This document shows positions 24,550-37,258 of a stretch of 64,000 bases of DNA, in pieces; position 1 is the stretch's first letter; each line of letters opens with the position of its first letter. The translations under genes were made by a program, and so were the position numbers. Origin of the DNA: Prorocentrum cordatum (taxonomy: Eukaryota); assembly GCA_963575745.1 (NCBI GenBank), contig CAUYUJ010000001.1:1612001-1676000 (forward strand), written 5' to 3'. The notes under the pieces are model-generated. The model made no database searches, had not been told where the DNA came from, and saw only the letters and a list, made by a program, of their open reading frames with translations.

Positions 24550-26700
24550 GATGTGCGCGGCTGCGGTTGCGGTCGCGCGCGCGGGCGAATTAAAATGCGT
24601 CGCCCGGTTGCGGTTGCGGATGCGACCGCAGTTGCGCGGGCGGGCTGGAGTGTGTCGCGCAGTCGCGGTTGCGGTTGCGCGGCCGGGTTGAAATGCGTTG
24701 TTTGGTTGCGGTTGCGGTTGCGAGGGTAATTTGAAATGTGTCGCCTGGTTGCGGTTGCGGTTGCGGTGCGATGGCGGGTTGAATTATGCCGGCTGGTTGC
24801 GGTTGCATTTGCGCGGCTGGGTTGAAATGCGTCGCCTTGGTTGCGGTTGCGGTTGCGGTTTCGCGGGCGGTTTGAAATGCGTCGTTTGGTTGCGGTTGCG
24901 GTTGCGCTCGCGGGCGGGTTGAAATAGTTGCAGTTGCGGTTGCCCTTGCGCGGGCGGGTTGAAATTCGTCGCCTTGTTGCGATTGCGGTTGCGGCTGCGC
25001 GGGCGGTCTGACATGTGTCGCCCGTCTGCGGCTGCGTTTGCGCATGCGCGGGCGGGGGGAATTGCGTCGCCTTGGCGGTGGTTGCGGTTGCTGTTGCGCG
25101 GGCGGGTTGGAATCCCAGTTGTGCCTGCGCGCGCGGGCGGGTTGAAATGTGTCGCCCTGTCGCGATTGCGGCTGCAGTTGCGAGGGCTGGTCGACTTGCG
25201 TCGCCTAGTCGCGACTGCGGTTGCGCGGCTGGGTTAGAGTGAGTTGCCTGGTTGCGGTTGAGGTTGCGCGGGCAGGTTGACATGCATCGCTTTGTTGCGG
25301 TTGCGGTTGCGGCGCGATGGCGGGTTGAATTATGCCAGCTGGTTGCTGTTGCGGTTGCGCGGTTGGGTTGACATGCGTTGCCTTGGTTGCGCCTGCGATT
25401 GCGGTTGCGGCTGCGCGGGCGGGTTGAAATGCGTCGCTTTGTTGCGATTGCGGTTGCGCGCGCGGGCGGGTTGAAATGCGTCGCCCAGTTGCAGTTGCGG
25501 ATGCGGTTGTGCTGGCGGGCTGAAATGTGTCGCCTTGTTGCGGTTGCGGTTGCGGCTGCGCGGGCGGGATGACATGTGTCGCCCAGTTGCGGTTGCGTCT
25601 GCGCATGCGCGGGCGGGTGAAACGGCGTCGCCCAGTTGCGGTTGCGGTTGCGGTTGCGCGGGCGGGTTGAAATCCTAGTTGCGGTTGCGCCTGCGTGCGC
25701 GGGCGGGTTGAAATGCGTCGCCTGGTCGCGATTGCGCCTGCAGTTGCGCGGGCGGGTTGAACTGCGCCGCCCGGTTTCGGCTGCTGTTGCGCGCGCGGGC
25801 GGGGTGGAATGCGTCGCCTGATTGCGGTTGCGGTTGCGGTCGCGCGGGCGGGTTGACATGCGTCGCTCGGTTGCGGTTGCGGTTGCAGTTGCGGTTGCGC
25901 GGGCGGGTTGACATGTGTCGCCCGGTTGCGATTGCGGTTGCGTGCGCGCGCGGTCTGACATTTGTCGCACGGGTGCGGTTGCGTTTGCGCGGGCGGGTTA
26001 AAATGTGTCGCCCAGTTGCGGTTGCGGTTGCCCGCGCGGGCGGGTTGACGCGCGTCGTCTGGTGGCGGTTGCGATTGCGGTTGCTTCGGCGGTATGAAAT
26101 GCGTCGCCCAGTTGCCCCTGCGTTTGCGCGCGCGGGCGGGTTGACGCGCGTCGCCTAGTGGCGGCTGTGATTGCGGTTAGGCGGGCGGGTTGGAATGTGT
26201 CGCCCGGTTGCGATTGCGGGTGCGGTTGCGGGGGCGGGCTGGCATGAGTTGCCCAGTCGCGGTTGCGTTTGCGCGCGCGGGCGGGTTGAAATGCGTCGCT
26301 TGGTTGCGGTTGCGGTTGCGGTGCGCGGGCGGGCCGAAATGAGTCGCCTAGTTGCGGATGCGGTTGCAGCTGCGCGGGCGGGTTTACATGTGTCGCCCGT
26401 CTGCGGTTGCGGTTGCGCGCGCGCGGCTTAGTTGAAAAGTGTCGCCCGGTCGCGTTTGCGGTTGCGGGTGCGCGGGCGGTTTGAAATGTGTCGCCCGTCT
26501 GCGGTTGCGGTTGTTGTTGCGCGGGCGGCGTGAATTGCGCCGCCCAGCTGCGGTTGCGGCTGCGCGCGCGGCAGGTCGAATGCGTAGCCCTGTCGCGGTT
26601 GCGGTTGCGCGCGCGGGTGGGTTGAAATGCGTCGCCTGGCCGCGGTTGCGCTTGCGCGCGCGGGCGGGTTGAAATGCGTGGCTGGGGTGCGTTTGCGCGC
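24550..26700 (+). repeat. About 40-50-bp minisatellite built on GGTTGC
   Basis: Unit is approximately GCGCGGGCGGGTTGAAATGCGTCGCCCGGTTGCGGTTGCGGTT. A (CAGT)n tract follows at 26746-26775. Confidence 0.92.
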
Positions 26701-28207
26701 TCCCGGACGGTCTGAAATTCGTCGTGAGGAGCGCTCTCCTGGCGTTCAGTCAGTCAGTCAGTCAGTCAGTCAGTCACACTGGCGGGCGCGGAATGTCCCC
26801 CGGGCCCGCCGGGAACAAAGTTTAGGTTCAGCCCTGTTCCTGGCGGCCCAGACTGAGGGGTTTGAGCTTGCTCGCGGCGCCCCCCCTTGCAGCGGCGAGC
26901 GCAATTTCTTTTTTGGGGGGCCTGGGGGCTTGGGGCGAGGCTCAGAAAACCGCCGGTATTTGGTCGGGCCGATTTTTGGCGTGTGATTAAGCACGGGAGC
27001 CACCCCGCACCCAGGGCGCCGGCAGATCGACTGCGCGCCCTCGCGCCGCGCAGGCGCTGCGATTTGCGCCGCCGAGAGCGACCTGGCCCGACGCGAATCG
27101 CAGTTCGACGGGTCGATTCCAGATGGTTGGGCACTTGCAAGGATGATGCTTTGGGCCGTCGCTATCATTTCGGGGCGCGCCGATGGAACCGGCGGCGAAT
27201 CATTTTGGGGGCGACGAGTCTGCCGGGCGCGCTGGGGTTGAATGGGCGGAGATCAATTTGCCAGCGCGGCGGCAGAAATCATTGCATTCGATGTCTGTTC
27301 ATGGGGGCCTTGGGCGCCGACGTTGAAATCAGCTTTTCCTGAGTGTGGACAGCGTGGGGGCCACGTTTGGCCCGTCCTCCTGCTCTTCCTCTCCCCTCCT
27401 GTCCCCCCCCCCCTCTTCGTTCTCTTGGCCCCCGCGAATCCAGTCCAGGTCTGGTTCAAATCCGGTCCAAGTGCCTTCCAAATCCGGCCCAAATCAGGCC
27501 CACATTGGACAGTGCCGGGGGCCGCGCAGGCCCCCGTGGAACGGGCGCCAAAATTGCAATTCTCTGGGCGTTGAACTACGTTGCATGCTTTTCCCCGGCG
27601 ATGTAGGTGGCTGACTCTGGGCGGTTCAATGATGGCCGCGCGGGTGGCCGAGGGGCCCCGCCTCTATAGAGGCGCCCGAAGTTTTGTCCTCGATCCCGAT
27701 TGCCTCGCCATTCATGTTTGACCAAAAACAAATGAAGCATTTCTCAGACACGTGGCAACGCGCCGCGGAGATCTGCGGAGCGAGATTGCGGATTCCGCGG
27801 CCGAAGAGTCCTCCCAAATTATGAGCCGTCTATTTCTTCGACATGCGATAGAGATGCTGAACAACAACAATCGTCACATAGAACGCCCTTGGCTGAAACG
27901 CGATGCTACCGTGCCAAGGGCAATGCAAGCGATTGGTCATGGTAGCGAGCTTGCCGAGCATATTGGTCACGTCGTCGACCTCGGTTGGCCGCCGCGGGCT
28001 TGGCCATCGCCGGGCGAGGCGAAGGGCCGAGATCGGGCGGGCCCGCGGCCTGGTCAAATGTCACGTTGCACATCAACGACAGGTGCCGCAATCTGGTAGG
28101 GTTTCAAGAGGGCCGTTGCAAGGATGGGCCAAGGATGGGCCAATGCATATATACATGTATATATATATATATGTGTTTATATATACATATATATACAAAT
28201 ATGTACA

Positions 28208-28238
<31 letters not shown>

Positions 28239-29469
28239 GGAGGTGCATCTGGGCGCCGTCAACGGAGACCGCGGCCGCGCTCTTTTCGTGGGCCCCACCA
28301 AGCCTCGCTGTAAAGTAGGCGTTGAGTCAGGGTGTTCCCGTGACGGCCGCGTCGGAGCCTTGCGCGGTGAGCCGCGGGCACTCGCCATCATGGTGGATGC
28401 CCTGCTCCTGACGGTAACAGTCGCAGTCCCCCGCGCTCCTCGTCACAAGTCCCTGCCAGCTCGATTTAGAGGAGGAGCGGTGGGGCAGAATTAAGTCTGT
28501 GCTCGGGCAGTGGCAAGCGGATCTTGTCTTCTAGGATGCGAATGGACGCGTCGGCCGCGCCGTGCGCTGCGGCCAAGTTGCGGGGCGCGTCGGCATGGCA
28601 GGCGGCGGCTAATTGCAAGGGGCAGCGATTGGCATAACGTGCAAGAGAGGTGGGCACGCCCATGCTGAACGCGCTGTTCATGAACAGCGAGCAGGGCGGC
28701 ATGGGCATGGGCGACCTCGCGACGGCGCCCGCGTCAAGTCGCGCATGAGAGGATGGGGGTGGAGGCCGACGCACAGTTGACTATGTCCTATCCTCTCCGA
28801 AATGCGCTCAGGTGGCTGTGGAATTGCGGGCGCGCTGCGACATCGACGACGGGCTGCGCGTTGAGGATGAGTGCCATGTTTTCGTGCACTTCAAAGCCTA
28901 GGTGCATGAGGGGCGCCCGTGGAGGGGTGCAGCAAGGTGGGCCGCGCGCGACTAGGAGCATTACGCAAACGCTGACGAGTTTCAGCAGTCTCTGGGCGCT
29001 GCTTTGGTCAGCGAGCGGGGCGCCGACCCTGTTGCCGTGCGCCGCTAGGCCGAGGGCGCGTTCGGCAAGGGCCCCTTCGCGCCGTTGCAGCCATGCGTGG
29101 GCCGACCCACGATGCGACTGCTGCGACTGCGATGGCATGGGCATCTGGTTTTACGCTGATGGAGGCGACGTTGGCCGACGCCCGCAGAGACGCGCGCGCG
29201 TCGCCCCCCCCCCCCCCCCCCAGCAGTTCAGCGACCTGGCCGAGGATGGCGGTGCCTGGGATCAGCCAGTGCAAGTTCTACTCTTGAGCGCTCGAGCGCA
29301 GCCGGCTGCTGGCGCGGCGGTGGAGGCCCCCGCGAAAGCCGCATCGGTTGGCGCCTCGAAGTCGCGGGCGGCGCCGCGCGCCACGCCCTGCGACTTGACG
29401 GGCAATTGAAAATTGCAGTTGGCTGGCTGATCGCGCGAGGAAGTATCTGAGATCGCAGATGGCGCAGCC

Positions 29470-31030
29470 GAATGGACACGAGCCAAAGAGATGCTGATAT
29501 ATGGCGGCCGCGCGCGCCCGCGACTGCAAGGGGGGCAACCCATTGCCAGCGAGGCGAGACAGCAATGGGGAACTCATGGCTTGCGAGGAAGACTTGGCGA
29601 GCCGCGGGCAGCAACGCTTTGCCAAAGTAGACGCGGCGACAACTGGGGCTGTCAAATCAGCGAAATCGGAGTTCAACGCGACGGGGCGCCGGAGTACTCC
29701 ACGCGATATTTGCGCCATTGAAGCGGCGTCCACTCCCGGTGCAACGGGGGCGCCCACCTCGACGGCGGCGAAGTTCAAGGGCGCCGGGCCGGGTCGAATC
29801 CACGACGGCCTACAGCGCGCAGCGTCGCGCCAGTCGAGCCGCGCGCGCAATCTCGCAGTCTTCGCGGCGGCAGCCGCAGGCGCGGGGCCCGCCGTTCGAA
29901 CGGCGCGCGACGTCGAGGCCGAGGCGTCGGAAGGAAAGGCAAATTCCCAGTTCTTGGAGGCGCGTCGGGCCGTCGCGCCGGGCCGCGTCACTCCGAAGCG
30001 CCAAGCGCTTCTACGCGTTGCTGCGCGGACATGTGTTGGCGACGATCAGCGCCGCGCTGAAGGGCTCGCAGGCGGGCGGGAGGAAGCGGCGAGGGCGTGC
30101 GATGGCGACCCGCCGGCGTCGATTTGCGCGGCAGCTGTCGAGAAAGATGGGCGTCGCACTTAACAGCTTTACTGCTGACTTGGCTGCGACTTTTTACACG
30201 ATGCTGCGGCATGCGGCAACCGCATCGGGTTCGACGCCTACAGAGATGGAGAAATTTCAGCATCGGGCAAATATACCGTGGCTCTTGTCGACGCCGGTCA
30301 GGGCTATCATTGTAAGGCCTGGGCTGGTGTCTTCCAAGATCTTGTCGTTGGGTCGCAGCGCCTGACTTGCTGTCGGGCGCCTGGGGGCGCGGCTGCAGCG
30401 ACGGCGCGCCGCGGGGGCAGATCTGGGAATGGATCTTCTGACCATTTGCCGACTGTTTCCCGGCCCGTTGAAAGATGCGCGAAGGTCTTTTTTTGAAAAG
30501 GGGGCGCCGTTTCGACCGGGTGAGTGGTTTGAGGTAGTGGCCCAGGCGGCTGGCGCAGAGTGAGAGGTGAACGCGCTGGCCGACGCCATCTTCGATGACG
30601 ACGGCGCAGCGCCGGCGACTCGCAGGCGCAATATTGCAGGCGCGGGGGGAGGGGGGGCGGGCCGTCGAGAGCGCGGGCGGGGCGGCGTTGCACGATGCAA
30701 AATCTGCATCTGCAATGGCGCAGAATTGTTACCCAGGGGAAACGGCGACAATGTCTTGCAGTCGTGGCAAGGGCCCCTTCCCTGAGGGCCAAGCGCGTGC
30801 AATGCGGAGAGGATGATCTGGACATAGAGAGCAGTAATGGCCAACGTCGTTTACCAGTTGTGAGGCTGTGCAAGCATCTTGGCGCGATGATTTCGCGCGG
30901 CGTGCGTCGGGAACCAGATCGGGGGCCAGATCGGGCATGGCGCACTCAACGACGTGCCGAGGGTCTCCGCCCTTGCGATCAGATCATGCTGGAACCTGAT
31001 ACTATCCACCGCCCAAAGCAGCTAGCTGCG
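29470..31030 (+). pseudogene. Highly decayed LINE reverse transcriptase
   Basis: Ordered motifs across frames: LASRGQQRFAK (RWxxHF), KGAGPG (KAxGPD), FTADLAATFYTMLR (FVDLxxAFY), RPG, DAIFDDD (xVDD) and LPVVRLCKHLGAMI (YKHLG). Confidence 0.7.
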
Positions 31031-33309
31031 CGCGTGGGCTAGTTGGCGAGCAGTCATGTGCAAGGGCAGTTTCAAGCTGAGTCCTGGCCGGCCTCGCCCA
31101 AGAGCTCGACGCAAGGGGCGGCGCCCGCCTGCGCGATGAGCTTCGAGGCAGCAGCCAGGATGAAGGGGAACGCGAACAACCGCCAGTGCATGGACGAGGA
31201 CGCGACGATAGCAATAGCGACCAGCAGGATCGACATCGGTTTCGTCGTGGGGTTTCGCAGGCTCCGCGTTCGTCTTCGCGTTTCCGTCGCATGCGCCTGC
31301 TTCCTCGCGCGCGTTGATCGACGTCGCGCTGACTTCTGTCGGCGGGTGGGGGAATTTAGTTTTAGAGGATTTGGAGTGGATGGGCCGAGTCTGCTCAGGC
31401 GCCGGCGCAGCGATGGAACCTATCCAGGCTGGTGCTACGCCGCGCATGCGCGGCCGAAGGCTTCCGATAGTTTTCCGAACTCACGTGGGTCGTTTTACGT
31501 CGCGGCACCTGGACATCTCCCGATTAGCAATTTGGCATCACCAGCTAGAGATTTGTTCCCCGCTTTTTCCTGCCTCGCCCCCAGCGCCCGCGCATGCGCG
31601 CAGTGCGCGCGGGCGCCTAAGCGCCGCGGTCAAAGCGTTGAAGCGCCGAGGGTCGGGTGCAGGATGGGCCCCAGCCAACAGGCATGCGCGCGCATCTGGG
31701 TGCGGAGAGCGCCTGCAGAAGTTCAGCGCAACATTTGCTGAACATATCATTTGGAGTACCGCGGTCCGTCGTACTGATTAGCGATGCGCGAGAATTGGAT
31801 TCCCACGTCCCAAGAGGAGGAACACTTGACAAACAGGGCAATGATAATCTTAGGAGCAAAGGGGAGGGACATGGAGTCACAGGCGTCGGCCCTCGTTCGG
31901 GGGCCCCCTGGATGGACTCCACGCCCCCCCAATCGTCATGACAGAGCCCGAGGTGAGGGGGCCAATCGGCCAGCCTGACCATGAAACCCATAACTGACTG
32001 GCTGCTTCAGTGCTGTCTGGGTTGTCCGAGAAACAGCTTTTTTTCTCTCCGGATACTTGTGAGCGCGAGTGGCTTCCAGGTGCCCCCATTCTTCTTCGGG
32101 CAAGCCTTGGAGATTGCGAGCGCAGCGTTTGGCGCGAAATCATCCAGAGAGGGCGCGTTGGTTGAGCTCGGCCCAGAGGTCCACGCGAAACCTGCCAGCC
32201 GCGCCACGACGCGCCCGCGGGGAGCCAAGAGGGTGTCGGCAACAGTTGGGCGAAGGGCCGGTAGAAGCAATCGTATGCTCAGGGGCTCAGGGGTCAGGGC
32301 GTCAGAGACGGGGGCACAGGAAACGGGGGCACGGGGAACGATGATTTCCACGTTTGGTTATGCCTCCGTTTCGAGGGCCCTGGGCGCCGTAGATGGAGGC
32401 GCAGTATATTGGGGCACTTGGAGAAACCAGTGCGCCCGTTTTGCTTTTTCCCCGTTTACGAAGCCCCGAAGGGGTGCCAGCGATATTCTCGCGCACCACT
32501 TGACCGCGGCAACGTCGCGCGTCCTGGCGTGGGGGGGTGCCCCCAAGGATGGGCGACCCCCGAGTTGGCGAATCTCCTGTCCATTGCGGGCGTTGCTGCC
32601 ACCGTGGGGGGCGGGGCGGCTCCATGCGCGCGAGAGACATCGGTCTGAACGTCGATGCGGGACCGGCCCCGCCTGTGAGTACGCAGCTGTCTCGCGAGCG
32701 GGCGGTGCGAGAGATGGTCGCCAAGTTTTCTTGCGCGCGCCAAGAATGGGTGTCGCAGCTTCAATTGGCCAGCAGAGCCTTCTTGAGCCTCTGAGAAGGG
32801 GGGGGGATGGCGATGGATGGGGGTTGGGGAGTCGACCCTGTCCAGTTGCCACGCACCCACAGTTGGCTGCCCGACAGGAGGGGGGCGGAATTATGCTACG
32901 AGCCTAACGGTGCTGGTGGAAGAGGAGTCTTCGTCACGCTCTGCCGCCCGCGCGGGGAGGGGGCGGGGCCCAGGGCGCCTGCGATGTTATATGTTTGTAT
33001 GTTTTTTTTGTTGGGGGTCGGGGAGGTGCGAGTAACAAGTGCCTCGCTGTTCGGCCACGTCAAGTATGTTGGGGTGGATGTCGTAGATGAGGATGAAGAG
33101 AATTTTGATCTTCGCGTACGGCCTGAACTGCGACTTTCAGGCCGACTTGCTTGCACTGTGTACCGTGGGGGGCACCTGGGATCTTTTTATTCTATGGCAT
33201 GAACGCAACGGGAGGAGGATGGAGAGGGAGGAAGGGAACAGCGGACGAAGACCGGGAATAATGAGCTCGGCGCGGCCCCAATTGGGACACGTTTTCAAGT
33301 GCATGGGAA

Positions 33310-33500
33310 CATTGTTCGGCGTTGTTTAGCATTGCTTGCCATTGTTCGGCGTGTTTTGGCTTTGCTTGGCGTTGTTTGTTACTGTTTGTCGTTGCTTTGC
33401 GTTGCTTGGCGTTCGTGGGCATTGTTTCGCATTGCTTGGCCTTGCTTCACAGTGTTTGTCGGTGCTTTGTATTGCTTGGCGTCGCATGGCATTGCGTGTA
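33310..33500 (+). repeat. Degenerate 10-bp-period repeat (GCATTGCTTG-like)
   Basis: TTG recurs every 10 bp. Confidence 0.7.
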
Positions 33501-33534
33501 AACACAGCCAAGCACTCGACGACTGCAGTGAGGA

Positions 33535-33831
33535 GGCAAGACGAAGCAACCCGTGGAACGCAGAGACTAAAACTACTGGGAACGCAAGAAGGACACAAGA
33601 CCAAGCCACCCCGGGGAACGCAGCAAGGAAGAGAAACCAAGCAGCCCGCGAACGCGGCAAAGACGCAAGGCCGTGCAACCACATGGGAACGCCGTGCAGG
33701 AACAGGGCGAGGCAGCCCCGGGCAGCGCCACAGCGTCAGACACCAGACGAAGCAGCCCGGGGCAGCGCCGCAGCAAGGAAGTCTGTGGGAAAAACGCACA
33801 CACACACGGTGACACACACACACACACACGT

Positions 33832-33885
<54 letters not shown>

Positions 33886-34080
33886 ACACACACACACACA
33901 CACACACACTGTGGGAAAAAAACACTGTGGGACAAAACACACATTGTGTATGTTTTCCCGCAGTGTTGTTTTTAAGACACAAGACGAAGCAGCCCCGGGC
34001 AACGCCGCAGCAAGGACGCGGGGCCGAGGATCGCCACGGGAAGGGCACAACACCAAACCGCGCCGAGGAACGCCAGCAGG
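33535..34080 (+). repeat. Diverged AAGACGAAGCAGCCCCGGG..GCAGCAAGGA tandem repeat interrupted by a (CA)n-containing insert (33783-33963)
   Basis: Repeated motif on both sides; the insert is bounded by CTGTGGGAAAA and TTTTCCCGCAG. Confidence 0.7.
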
Positions 34081-34099
34081 CGCAGACCTCCCTCGAGGA

Positions 34100-34262
34100 G
34101 GGGGGTTGACTACAGAGTCGAGTTGCCCCAAATTGGAGTTCCCCCAGCCAGTCTACGAATACGTGGATGATTCGCAAATCGATGGGGAAGTCGAGGCATT
34201 TTCCATAGATTCGACGAGAGACTCAATTTTTGGGTAAATCCATTCTGTCGTCGATCCCCTAG
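34100..34262. mobile_element. MITE-like family C, copy 1
   Basis: Imperfect inverted repeat GGGGGTTGACTACAGAGT / ATTCTGTCGTCGATCCCC, related to 57050-57215. Confidence 0.55.
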
Positions 34263-34905
34263 AACTCTTTAGAAATAGAGTAGGCTGCCCGTCGGTCGTT
34301 AAAAGTCGCAAAACAAGTCAGATCCCACTCCACTTGTTAGGCGCCTTTCTACCTCAAGGATCGACCTGTTTCGCCTTTTCTTTCCTTTTCTTCAAGGTGC
34401 GGTCGGAAACACCATCGATGTCCAGCACGTTCCTGCTTCATGGTTCTGCCAAGGTGTCATCTTAGGGGCCTGTTGGGCCCCCTTGGGGACCTCGGGAACC
34501 GCCTCGGGATGATCTCCTGGGGGTCTCCTGAGACGTCCTCGACGCTCCCCACCGAAAAACGGCGAGCATGCAACGACTTTACGACGGCGTTGCCCTCTGT
34601 CCTGGGCCAGCCCCCAGGGCCTCCCGGACGGGCGAAGGAACCTCCAGCAGCAAGGCTGCAGGGCGGACCGCGGGGCCGTGCCGGGCCCTGCTGGAAGCGT
34701 GGGGTCCAAAGCACGCGCTCGAGGCCCGCGGAGAAGCCGCGCGGAGATGGAGAGGAGCGGCCCCGAGTGCCTGAAACACGGGGCCTGGGCCCCACTTCCC
34801 AGGGCTGGCCCCGAACGCTATTTTGCTGGATTTCGGCTTTGTTTTGTTGTTTGTTCTGGCAGGGAGGTACAGGAAAGCAGGTAGAGCGAAACGAAGAACA
34901 CAACG

Positions 34906-37258
34906 AATTATCCCGGCAAAGCAACCTAACAGCGATGTGTAGGAGCATATTTGGAAGCATTCCCCTTAAGACTCAGATGAGAATCCTGTTGTAGAATTCT
35001 GCTGTTCTCGCAGTCGTACTCGCATTCGCGATGGCAGTCGCAGTGGCAACGGCAGTCGCAGTCACAGCCTCAGCTTCAGCCTGCCTCAGCCTCAGCCTCA
35101 GCCTGCCTCAGCCTCAGCCTGCCTCAGCCTCAGCCTCAGCCTGCTTCAGCCTCAACATCAGTCTGCCTTCAGCATCGGCCTCAGCCTCAGCCTGCCTCAG
35201 CCTCACCCTGCATCAGCCTCAGCCTCAGCCTCAGCGTGCCTCAGCATCAGCCTGCCTCAGCCTCAGCCTCAGCCTGCCTCAGCCTCAGCCTCAGCCTCAG
35301 CCTGCTTCAGCCTCAGCCTCAGTCTGCCGTCTCCCTCAGCCTCGCCTCAGCCTCAGCCTGCCTCAGCCTCAGCCTCAGCCTCAGCCTCAGCCTCAGCCTC
35401 AGCCTCAGCCTGCCTCAGCCTCAGCCTCAGCCTGCCTCAGCCTCAGCCTGCATCAGCCTCAGCCTCAGCCTCAGCCTGCCTCAGCCTCAGCCTGCCTCAG
35501 CCTCAGCCTCAGCCTGCCTCAGCCTCAGCCTCAGCCTGCTTCAGCCTCAGCCTCAGTCTGCCTTCAGCCTCGGCCTCAGCCTCAGCCTGCCTCAGCCTCA
35601 GCCTGCATCAGCCTCAGCCTCAGCCTCAGCCTGCCTCAGCATCAGCCTGCCTCAGCCTCAGCCTCAGCCAGCCTCAGCCTCAGCCTCAGCCTTCAGCCTC
35701 AGCCTCAGTCTGCCTTCAGCCTCGGCCTCAGCCTCAGCCTGCCTCAGCCTCAGCCTCAGCCTCAGCCTCAGCCTGCCTCAGCCTCAGCCTCATCTGCAAA
35801 GCCTTTCAGCCTCAAAAGAATCAAGGGAAGTTCTGGGAACTCGAAGAACACGAAGTGGCCTACAGTTGGCTCCGGGCATTCAAAATCATGCCCAGGAATG
35901 GAGTTCTGGGAACTCGAAGAGCACGAAGTGGCCTACAGTTGGCTCCGGGCATTCAAAATGTGGCCCGGGAATGGAGTTCTGGGAACTCGAAGAGCACGAA
36001 GTGGCCTACAGTTGGCTCCGGGCATTCAAAATGTGGCCCGGGAATGGAGTTCTGGGAACTCGAAGAGCACGAAGTGGCCTACAGTTGGCTCCGGGCATTC
36101 AAAATGTGGCCCGGGAATGGAGTTCTGGGAAGTCGAAGAGCACGAAGTGGCCTACAGTTGGCTCCGGGCATCCAAAATGTGGCCCGGGAATGGAGTTCTG
36201 GGAGGTCGAAGAGCACGAAGTGTGTGACTGTTTGCTTAAAACGAGCCCGGCCCTTGCCCGGCTCTCGCTGTCCGGCTCCCGCCCAGACCCCCTTGGGGAG
36301 TCATCAGATGCTTTCTTTTGACCCCATTAGAAACCTATCAGCAAGAGCTGTTAGGTAATTATCCCGGCAAAGCAACCTAACAGCGATGTGTAGAAGCATA
36401 TCTGAAAGCATTCCCCTTAAGATTCAGATGAAAATCCAGTTGTCGAATCCTGCTGTTCTCGCAGTCGTAGTCGCATTCGCGATGACAGTCGCAGCGGCAA
36501 CTGCAGTCGCAGTCACAGCCTCAGCCTCAGCCTGCCTCAGCCTCAGCCTCAGCCTGCCTCAGCCTCAGCCTGCCTCAGCCTCAGCCTCAGCCTGCTTCAG
36601 CCTCAGCCTCAGTCTGCCTTCAGCCTCGGCCTCAGCCTCAGCCTGCCTCAGCCCTCAGCCTCAGCCCTCAGCCTGCAGCCTCAGCCTCAGCCTGCCTCAG
36701 CCTGCTTCAGCCTCAGCCTTCAGCCTCGGCCTCAGCCTCAGCCTGCCTCAGCCTCAGCCTGCCTCGGCCTCAGCATCAGCCTGCCTCAGCATTCCAAATG
36801 TGGCCCGGGAATGGAGTTCTGGGAACTAGAAGAACACGAAGTGGCCTAGAGTTGGCTCCGGGCATCCAAAATGTGGCCCGGGAATGGAGCTTTGGGAACT
36901 CGAAGAGCACGAAGTGGCCTACAGTTGGCTCCGGGCATCTAAAATGTGGCCCGGGAATGGATCTTTGGGAACTCGAAGAGCACGAAGTGGCCTACAGTTG
37001 GCTCCGGGCATCCAAAATGTGGCCCGGAAATGGAGTTCTGGGAAGTCGAAGAGCACGAAGTGGCCTACAGTTGGCTCCGGGCATCCAAAATGTGGCCCGG
37101 GAATGGAGTTCTGGGAGCACCAAGAGCGATTTTGCGAGGATGTCCTAAGCGATTTCGGCTTCGACGGCAGCCTCCCCGGGTCCCGCCCATACCCCCCTGA
37201 GGAGTCATGATGCTCTCTTTTGAGACCACTAGAAACCTATCAGCAAGAGCTGTTAGGT
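34906..37258. mobile_element. Head-to-tail dimer of a composite repeat element (units 34906-36356 and 36357-37258)
   Basis: Each unit consists of AATTATCCCGGCAAAGCA, ACCTAACAGC, a unique head, (CCTCAG)n, a 73-bp minisatellite and a tail ending GCTGTTAGGT (the inverted copy of ACCTAACAGC). Confidence 0.85.
35828..36222 (+). repeat. 73-bp minisatellite (second array at 36795-37117)
   Basis: TGGCCCGGGAATGG recurs at 35961, 36034 and 36107. Confidence 0.95.

Noticed and set aside
35828..37117. 73-bp (and 77-bp at 55675-56462) regular arrays as CRISPR
   Set aside because: The whole unit repeats, with no unique spacers and no cas genes. These are minisatellites.
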